A stretch of DNA of 28,790 nt, taken from a virus. Lineage: Duplodnaviria > Caudoviricetes. The translations under genes and the position numbers were made by a program. The stretch is from positions 1 through 28,790 of IMG/VR virus record IMGVR_UViG_3300020043_000553; one strand, 5' to 3'. The notes beneath the pieces were generated by a model. The model was given only the letters and a program-made list of their open reading frames with translations, was not told the origin of the DNA and did not search any database. Positions 8,480 through 16,100 of the stretch are shown in pieces (within the stretch, counting starts at the first letter, position 1; each line of letters opens with the position of its first letter).

Positions 8480-9454
8480 TTAACCTTTAAAGTTTTGTTG
8501 ACGTGCTTCAATTGCGTAACGTTTGATCATCTTGCTGCGCTTTTCTGGGTCATCCCAAAAACCCGCTTCCTTCATCGCAGACACTTGCTCCCGTGTCAGG
8601 GTGAAGGTGTTGCGGTTTGAGCCGCCAGATGAAAACTCACGTCCTGAGTCGCCCACAATGTTCCTTCTCGGTTTACCAGAGCTATCACTTCTCTCGGTAT
8701 CTTGATTGTAACGATGCGGCAGGTAATTGCGCAAGCGTTTGTCAAGCTCTGTGAAGTACCCCGGATCAGAGGGGTCAAATCCTTCGTTTGTCAAAGCCTC
8801 GTCCAGCTTTTTGGCAATCTGGCTGTCCACATCGCCTAAGTCGGCGTTGAACCAAGAATTGCGCTCCATCCAAGTGTTGACGTTCCGCGCAACTCGTGGA
8901 TCTGGAGGGATTCCACCCTCGTTCTGGGGGCGAACCGCCTGCTTTTTGAAGCCTTGGAGCTGCTCAATCTTGCGGCGGGTCTCGTACCACATGTCCTGAG
9001 CTTTGGTCAAAGCCTGACCATCCCGCGCAGTAGTCGCCTCGGCCAGCTTCATCTTGGCGTACTGAAGGCGCAACTCTTGGTCTTCAATTGCCTTGTCAAG
9101 CTGGGCCAGATCGGAAGCGTGGTGCTTCTTCTCCACGACCATGAGTCGCTCCATCAACTCTTGGTTCTTGCGCTCCAGCATTTGAAGTTTTACTTCCTTC
9201 TCGGCGCTGGACCGCTTGGCAAGCTCTCGCTTGGCACGACGCTTTTCACGACGTGCTCTTTGGTATTCAGTTTCATCAGGAGGGGCTACCTCGTCGCCGC
9301 TTGCGTCAACCTCGCCGCCTTCGGCATGGGTGTCGTCATCGTCGTCATGCTCGTCGCCCTGAATGTGACCGGGCAACTCAATGACAGCGGAGCCGTCCTG
9401 ACTTTCGTTGACGACAATCTTCTCGTCGTCTTTGTTTTTTGTATCTGTGCTCAT
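8480..9454 (-). CDS. Putative capsid scaffolding protein, 324 aa
   Basis: Acidic N-terminus, long coiled coil, NSWF motif, C-terminal LTREQVSAMK. Lies between portal and MCP. Confidence 0.7.
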   Translation of the reverse strand: MSTDTKNKDDEKIVVNESQDGSAVIELPGHIQGDEHDDDDDTHAEGGEVDASGDEVAPPDETEYQRARREKRRAKRELAKRSSAEKEVKLQMLERKNQELMERLMVVEKKHHASDLAQLDKAIEDQELRLQYAKMKLAEATTARDGQALTKAQDMWYETRRKIEQLQGFKKQAVRPQNEGGIPPDPRVARNVNTWMERNSWFNADLGDVDSQIAKKLDEALTNEGFDPSDPGYFTELDKRLRNYLPHRYNQDTERSDSSGKPRRNIVGDSGREFSSGGSNRNTFTLTREQVSAMKEAGFWDDPEKRSKMIKRYAIEARQQNFKG

Positions 9455-9885
9455 AGATAGGCCTTCATTGCTAGGGGATCACCAACAACCTTTGCAATGG
9501 CTTCATGGTCATTCAAGATCATGAACAATGCAGGGTCTTCCAAATCATCCTCACCGGGGACTTTTACTTCCCAACGGTCACCGCCCCACTTGGGGACTCG
9601 GATGTAGTCACCAGCAACGCACCATGAGCCTTCAGGCCAGCTCACCATGGTGTCGCGGTGTTTGAAAGCGAGGGGTCCAACTTCAATGACTTTCGCCACC
9701 ATGTTGTTCCACTTCTCGGTTTCCTTGGTCTCTTCGATCAAGATAATCCCGGCACTTGTTGCCTTCTTTTTGGTTCGGCGCAGTTGCACCAAAATTCGTC
9801 CACCAAGAGGTTTCGCACCGGGTTCTACGCTCGGGAATGCCCAAGCCAACTCAGCTTCGCCAGAAGCTTCCAATGTGTTACTCAT
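9451..9885 (-). CDS. groES: GroES-like co-chaperonin
   Basis: PLGGRILVQ...TSAGIIL...AKVIEVGP...GDY...ILNDHEAIAKV matches the Cpn10 signature. Confidence 0.85.
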   Translation of the reverse strand: MSNTLEASGEAELAWAFPSVEPGAKPLGGRILVQLRRTKKKATSAGIILIEETKETEKWNNMVAKVIEVGPLAFKHRDTMVSWPEGSWCVAGDYIRVPKWGGDRWEVKVPGEDDLEDPALFMILNDHEAIAKVVGDPLAMKAYL

Positions 9886-10063
9886 CGTCTCTCTCTTCCT
9901 TTAGCATTGTGTTTAATATTTCGTAGGCTTCTGCCAAGCCTGCGTGATGTCCCACCATGCGCATGTACACGTCCCATGAAGCAGCGTTTCCAGCCGCTAA
10001 GGATGAAGCTATTTCAGCTTGACGAGTCTTGATTGCGCCGATGAAATCAGAAAGGGTTTTCAT
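9878..10063 (-). CDS. Hypothetical protein, 61 aa
   Basis: Overlap-coupled to both neighbours, helical (Y.RMVG...GL). Confidence 0.7.
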   Translation of the reverse strand: MKTLSDFIGAIKTRQAEIASSLAAGNAASWDVYMRMVGHHAGLAEAYEILNTMLKEERDDE

Positions 10064-10206
10064 TTTTGTTTTGTCGGCAAGCTTCCTTTCTTAGATTGCT
10101 GGGGGTTGCCCTTGGGTTGCAGGGAAGTGCCATCGAGCTTCTCGCCCATGGCAATGCGCTTGTGCATCGGAATGCCCATGCTGTCTTGCGGTTTACTGGT
10201 AGCCAT
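10060..10206 (-). CDS. Small basic protein, 48 aa (not in ORF track)
   Basis: MATSKPQDSMGIPMHKRIAMGEKLDGTSLQPKGNPQQSKKGSLPTKQK. AGGAG upstream, start overlaps the portal end, ATGA overlap with the next gene. Confidence 0.6.
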   Translation of the reverse strand: MATSKPQDSMGIPMHKRIAMGEKLDGTSLQPKGNPQQSKKGSLPTKQK

Positions 10207-12745
10207 TCATGTCTCCTTGAGGCTGGTTGGTGATTGCGGGTATCAGCCGCTCTTGCATAGCCCGTTGTACCTCTCGGTTCATCCGGGCCAATTCGATGCG
10301 TTCCTTGGTCTCGTTGTCGCCAATGGCGATGGCAAGCTTGAGCTGGTTCTCTTCGTTCGCCATAGCCATCTCGTCTTGGTGCTGCTGGCCCTTGAGAGCC
10401 ATCTCCTGCTGGTCCCGTGCGGCTCGGCGCTGGGTCTCGGCCATGCTGGTCTCTTGGAGCACTTTGGCCTCTGGAGGTAGTTGGGGCTGCGGGGCAAACT
10501 GCTGGGCGGATTGGATCATCTGGGTGATCACAGGCATGATTCCGGAGAACACCTTTTCGCTGTCCATGGAAACGTGCTGAGAGGCCAAGGCATACAGCTT
10601 GTCGATGCTGGCCGTGAAGCGGCTGTCCTCGTACTGCTGGACCGCCTTGTTGTTTTCCTTGTTCACATAGCCGTTCATGCGTTGCAGATACCACAGCGTC
10701 AAGTGCTGCTTGATGTGCTCCAGCAGGGTAGGCACGAACTGAGGGGCCATCAGCGGGTTGGAACCGAAGATTGGGTCCTTGCCGAAGTCCAAGTGGGCTT
10801 GCAGGTGCGCCAAGTGGTCTTGGGTGATGAAAGCAAAGGCAGGCTGACCCAAAGCCATCGCCACGTTCTCGTCGGCTGGGCTGCGCTGGTCGGTTGGAGG
10901 GGTGTTGACCAGCAGTTCGTTGATCCCCGCCACCTTGATCTGCTTCAAAAACCGCTCAATCACAGCTTTCTGGTTGAATTGCTGCGGGTTCTTCTCCATG
11001 ATCTGCATGACGGCCTGAATCTGGGCCATACGCTGGGTCTCGGAGAAGATGTGCGGGTCAGAGACAGGCACAACGTCCGTGTTTTTGGCGAAATCCTCTT
11101 TTTTGATCTCCAAATCGGCTATCAACTCGCCTTTGCGCTGGTCATCCAAGTACCAACGGTTCAAACGGGACAGGATCTTGAGCACTCGGGCTTGGCTGGA
11201 GTGCAAACGGGCATGGATAGAGCTGAAAACAGCCGCTCCCTGCTCAATTAGGGCCTGCGTCGTGCCAACAGGGGTGTTGGAGTTGACGTCAGCGATCTTT
11301 TCCTCAGCCGTGGTGACCACGCCCTTGGCTGCCTTCTCCAAATAGCCCATTAACTGGAACAAAACCGGACTTGGCGGGTTGAACGGCATGGGCATGGCGA
11401 TCTTCTTGATGTCATCGACACCGGGAGCGCCCTCAATCTCGGCAATTTGCGTGACTTCCACCTGCTGCGACTGCCCAGAGATCTTGGCTCCTTTGAGCTT
11501 GAGCATCGTTGCCGTGTTGTTGATGTGTGCAGAGTCCAGCAAGGCCCGTAAAGCCCCGGTAAGAGCCGCTGAAAGGCCACCAATCAGGTGCGGCAGGCCA
11601 ACAGCGTAGGCTCCGCGCCATGGAATGAACTTGAATTCGACAATCCAGTCCAGCTTGGTCATGGTCTCGTCGCCTTCTTCCCAGTTCCGGTACAGGCCAA
11701 TGACTTCGTTGTCCAACTCGTCAATCATCAGGATGTAAGGAGCCATCTCACCATCGGTGTAAGGGTCGTCGTCTAGTTCCAGCCATGTGTAAATGTGGAA
11801 AACGGTGCGCAAACCGTCCTCGTTGTCCTCAAACTTCTTGCCTTCAATCTTGTTGGATGCCTTTTGAGAAGCAGTCTGCTCGGGTTCTATCGTGGCACGG
11901 ATGATGTCAACGTCCCTATACAGACCACTGGCGATGCGACGCTTGAACTCAAATGAAGTTATCTCGTGAACCTCAGTCACGCGCTGGGCGGTGTAGAAGT
12001 TTGCAGCCGAAAACGGCACATAAACCCGGTCAATCGGCAGGAATTCGCAGCATGGACGGGCTTTTTGCTCGTCGTACCAGAGCTTGATGTACTGGGAGCC
12101 GCCCAGTGGGAGCTGGGTCAGCATCTGTTCCTGCTCGTCGCGGAACTCTTCAATCTGCTCGGTGAGCTGCCAGTTCATGTAGTCGCGCTTGCGCTCGGCA
12201 ACGCTGACTTTTTCCTCGGTCATCTCGCCCAAAATCTTGGTGCGGGTAGGACCGTCTGGCGGGAACATCTCTTTAATGGCTCGGGAGGCAAAGTCCACGC
12301 AGGCTTCGGCCATAACGGGGTGGACAACCTTGGACGCGCCGTTGAAGTTAGCGCCGCCGGGAGCATCATTGCCCATACCAGTGCGGCGAATACCCTCTTC
12401 GTACTGTTTGTCGCGCTGCTCACGGGCTGACTTGTCCTTGAGGACCAGCTCAACGTACCGCATGGCGGTCATGTCCAGAATCATCAGGTCGGAAGACTCG
12501 GCCAAGTTGGCATAGAAGTCCTCGTTTTCTTCAGGGCCACCAAAGCCCTCCAGATTGACGACAGCGGAACCGTCAGGCAATTCCTCAATCTCAGCGCCTT
12601 CGGTCATCAAGTCGATGTCCACGGAGCCGTCAGGGTTCTCGGTCATGCCTTGCTGCTGAGGGGGCTGACCTTGCTGGGCTTGCGGATCAGGCATACCCTC
12701 AATAAATCTTCCGCTGTTCTGATCTATGGGCATTTGTGTTGCCAT
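10193..12745 (-). CDS. Portal protein (~850 aa)
   Basis: Large head-module gene with VHPVMAEACVDF, LPLGGSQYIK, KFIPW, TPVGTTQALIEQG and PVSDP motifs and a Gln-rich coiled C-terminus. Probable ATG at 12745 with AGGA RBS. Confidence 0.85.
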   Translation of the reverse strand: MATQMPIDQNSGRFIEGMPDPQAQQGQPPQQQGMTENPDGSVDIDLMTEGAEIEELPDGSAVVNLEGFGGPEENEDFYANLAESSDLMILDMTAMRYVELVLKDKSAREQRDKQYEEGIRRTGMGNDAPGGANFNGASKVVHPVMAEACVDFASRAIKEMFPPDGPTRTKILGEMTEEKVSVAERKRDYMNWQLTEQIEEFRDEQEQMLTQLPLGGSQYIKLWYDEQKARPCCEFLPIDRVYVPFSAANFYTAQRVTEVHEITSFEFKRRIASGLYRDVDIIRATIEPEQTASQKASNKIEGKKFEDNEDGLRTVFHIYTWLELDDDPYTDGEMAPYILMIDELDNEVIGLYRNWEEGDETMTKLDWIVEFKFIPWRGAYAVGLPHLIGGLSAALTGALRALLDSAHINNTATMLKLKGAKISGQSQQVEVTQIAEIEGAPGVDDIKKIAMPMPFNPPSPVLFQLMGYLEKAAKGVVTTAEEKIADVNSNTPVGTTQALIEQGAAVFSSIHARLHSSQARVLKILSRLNRWYLDDQRKGELIADLEIKKEDFAKNTDVVPVSDPHIFSETQRMAQIQAVMQIMEKNPQQFNQKAVIERFLKQIKVAGINELLVNTPPTDQRSPADENVAMALGQPAFAFITQDHLAHLQAHLDFGKDPIFGSNPLMAPQFVPTLLEHIKQHLTLWYLQRMNGYVNKENNKAVQQYEDSRFTASIDKLYALASQHVSMDSEKVFSGIMPVITQMIQSAQQFAPQPQLPPEAKVLQETSMAETQRRAARDQQEMALKGQQHQDEMAMANEENQLKLAIAIGDNETKERIELARMNREVQRAMQERLIPAITNQPQGDMNGYQ

Positions 12746-12763
12746 GGTCACATCCTTTGATTC

Positions 12764-12793
12764 ATTCTATTTGATTGCTCTACATCAGCTCAA
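12764..12793 (-). promoter_or_regulatory. Putative sigma70-type promoter for portal/head operon
   Basis: Minus strand TTGAGC-N18-TAGAAT upstream of the portal RBS. Confidence 0.4.
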
Positions 12794-12832
12794 GACGCAC
12801 TGCATCTGGGTTTGGCTGAAATGTATCGGATT

Positions 12833-12891
12833 TTGAACATCTTATTCACTATTCTTTTTTATTAGCGTACAATCTTGAACTTCTTGTTCTA
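12833..12891 (+). promoter_or_regulatory. Promoter of plus-strand small gene, flanked by two 17-bp palindrome variants
   Basis: TTCACT(12845-12850)-N17-TACAAT(12868-12873). TTGAA-N7-TTCAC at 12833-12849 and TTGAA-N7-TTCTA at 12875-12891. Confidence 0.6.
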
Positions 12892-12903
12892 AGGAGAAAG
12901 AAG

Positions 12904-13113
12904 ATGGATAAGTACGATCAGGCAATTGAGTTTTTAAAGGGTGTGGAACCCGGTAGCTACTTTGATGAATGCGCAGAGTTGATGGAAGAGCTTGTGGCTC
13001 AAGTTGAGCTGGGTAAGCCCAAGCCTGCGCAGTTCTCGAAAGAAGAGCAAGAGTGGCTAAAGCAGTCGAGCGCTGGCGCTCGGTACTACGCAAAGGCTCG
13101 AGGTCTGCTGTAA
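12904..13113 (+). CDS. Small acidic protein, 69 aa, the only supported plus-strand gene
   Basis: AAGGAG RBS at 12891-12896, own promoter, helical protein-like sequence. Its stop abuts the stop of the 1772-aa gene. Confidence 0.7.
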   Translation: MDKYDQAIEFLKGVEPGSYFDECAELMEELVAQVELGKPKPAQFSKEEQEWLKQSSAGARYYAKARGLL

Positions 13114-16100
13114 TCATTGCTCTTCTGCCGCCATTGCATTGATGTTGTAGCCAAGTGCAGCAAGTGCAGCGGCTGGTGTCATGCCCTTGCGAATCATTGC
13201 GACCGCTTTGGGCCAGTCGGCCTCGCTGAAGAATCGGCGTGATTCTTGGATGTCCTTGCGCGTGCCGCCCATCTTGGCGTCGCGCAAGGCCTTTTCACGA
13301 ATCTGATTCCTAATCCATTCGGATTCGCTTAGGTTTTCCAACACCGACTGCGGCAATTCGGATGCGTGCCTGAGTAGGTCTGCCGTTGCTTCGCCACTGA
13401 ACGGCGCGGTGGGCAACGGGCCTTCAGGGCTGCGTTTGCCGATGCCGGGCTGGTAACCCATGGTGCTCAGGCTTCGCTCCTGCTTTGCGCCCGGGAACAC
13501 GTTCTCAATGGCCGGGCCAGCACGCTTCATAAGATCTTTGATGCCAGCAGAACTGGTCTCTGCGTTGTACGGGAACACCAGCGCACCACGGTTGGTTGAC
13601 GTGACGCCATACCCGCTGGCTGCGTCTTCCAAGCCTTGCAGCTTGTTGACATTCGCCTTGGTAGGTGGGCCAAAGGGCAGTTTTTCGCGCAGTTCTTTTG
13701 CTTCCTTCTTTGCCGCACCGCTGGCTTCACTCAAAGCGCTGTTGATCTCCCCGAGCTGTTTTGCGGTTGGCAGAACGCCTGCGGTTGGGTCGGCCAATGG
13801 ATCTGAGCTGAGTCCTCGGGTGTCCAACAGCATAGAGTTCTTGCCCTGAACGGCGTTCATAGTGTTGGGCAGGTTGTAAGCGCCAGCCTCTTGCGCATCC
13901 ATGAATGGGCGGAAGTGCTCGATGAAGTCCATGGTGGCGCGGGAGTCTGGAGCCATCAAGCCGCCACCGCCCGTAGGAAAGTCCATCAGGGGTCGGGCAA
14001 TCGTCATGGGGTTGTTCTCGACGCCGCCAAGGCTGTTTACATACAGGCCCTCGGCCTCACGCGATGGGAGCTGACGATACCCGGCTGCTCCGTACAAGAT
14101 GTCGCGGTTGCCTGCACCCACCTCGGGGAACTCGTTGAGTGCCGCTTCGGGTGATGGCAGATCCCATCGCCCGGTCTGGCCGTATGCCAGCTTCTCTTCG
14201 GGCGTCATATCCAAAGCTTGTGGCACATGGTTAAGACCAGCGCCGGGGATCGCCTCATGTGTGGCCGACGCTGTGTGCTTGTACATGTAGTCCCGGGCGG
14301 TGTTGTTGGCATCTACCAAAGATTGTTTGATACCCTCCAGCTCATCGCCAGCATAGCGCCCCCCGCCTTTGCCACGGCCATATTGGTCCTGCGCTTTACC
14401 GTAGACCCACGGCACTTCCTGAATTTGCGGACCAGCCCAGTCGGTGCGTCCGCCAGTTCCTGCCGCATTGGCGCGGTCTACTTGCAGCGCGGTCTCGGCG
14501 TCCATGAAAGGGTGCATGGTGTCAGACACGCCAGCCTTCCACGGGTTACCCTCTGGGTCGGTGTAGCCCATGCCTTGTGCGCGACGGAAGTCATTCACGC
14601 CAAACAAGCCAGCGTTGGGAACTCGAGGGTCGTTCTTCTCGGCATACTCGCCAATCTTGAATCCCATACTGGCCGGGCGGTTCTCAGCCACAGCCTCATC
14701 CAAATTTTCCATGCCAGCGCCACGGTAGGCCATCTTTGGGTCGCCAGCGACGCGACTGTTCAGGTGCTTGAGTGCAAAGGTCAGCTCTGACTCTGGGCTT
14801 ACGCCAGCGGAGTAAACGCCATGTTGCTCAAGCGTTCGGGGCAACTGGTAAGGCTCAACGCTTTCGGCAATACCCTGTTTGGCGCGGTCGTACCATGTGC
14901 CAAGGCGCTGAGGGTCTGCAAGACGAACGGCGTCAACCGAGTCTATGAAATCTTGATCAATTTCGCTGCGCATGGTGTTGAGACCTCGCTTGCCCTTCAC
15001 TGTGCGAGGTGCTCCGATAAACCCTTTGCCAGCAGGCTTGAGGTGCTTGCCTGCGCGTGCGGCTCTGAGCACCGCCTCGTCGCCCTGCTCTTCAGCCATC
15101 TTGCGATAGACGTCAGGCGGCACGGCCACGCGCTTACCCGTTGACTTGGTTGGCTTGGCCGACTCCTCGGGACTCCTGCCTGCGCTTTCCTTGGCGGCTT
15201 TTTCGACCTTCTTCTGGCGCTCGGCCTCCTGCTGTTGCTTCTGGCCGAATTTATCAATCACGGCCTGCTCTTCAGGGGTGCGAACAATAATTGGGTCAAC
15301 GCCTTTGGGAGCAAACGCATCTTTCAAAGCTTTGATGGCCTTTGCCCCTGCGCCAATAGCCCTCTTGGAGGGGGAGCCTCCACTCTGCATCCGTACTGCG
15401 CCACCCCTTGCCAACTCAAGCATCATGACGTCGGGATTGTTGGAGAAGTGGACGGAGCCACCTTTGGCTTTGTTCAAGTCTGGATCGTTCATGTCATAAG
15501 TTCCACGGTTGCCAATATCGCTTTTAACGGCATTGGGGTTGTAGGACACCACCTCGGACAGTTCGCCGTCACGGTACTGCATCAGGCCATCATAGCCTGC
15601 GGCCTGCGCACGTTGCTGCACCTGCTTGCCGATGTAGCCCTTCTGCTCATAGGCACGCTCGACCATCTTGCTGGCGCTGTTTTCGTCCATGCCCAGCTTG
15701 ACCAGCGCCTCAATCATTGGGTCGCCCTTGCCTTCAAGGATCAGCGGGTTGCGCAGCCGAGCGGTGACGGGCAGCATATTGCCGCCTTCTTGGCCTTTGC
15801 GCAGGGTCCCGCTTGCTCGGTCGGCCATGAACTGGTCAGCCATCCGTTTGGCGTAGGGGTCGCTTGCCATTACGGCAAGGGCCTCGTCGTTGGGGATGCC
15901 GCTGTAGCCGCTTGCGTGGGCCGAGTTGGGGGTCAGGTATACACCCGAGCCAAGTGCGCCATCCTTGCTAGGCTTGATGCGACGGATGGCCTCTTGGCCC
16001 TTGCCGCCCTCGGTGGCCGTCGTGCCGTGGTACAGGCGCATTGGTGTCTTGCTGCCCTCAAGGAACTTGGCCTTGTTGGCCTCGCGCTCGGCAGCAGGCA

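Noticed and set aside
10047-10694. 215-aa minus-strand ORF overlapping the portal end
   Set aside because: Alternative frame inside the portal gene. The gap is better explained by the 48-aa ORF at 10060-10206.
12842-13117. 91-aa minus ORF with ATGA overlap to the giant gene
   Set aside because: Fully antisense to the 69-aa plus gene, which has a clear promoter, RBS and more protein-like sequence. Not strictly excluded.
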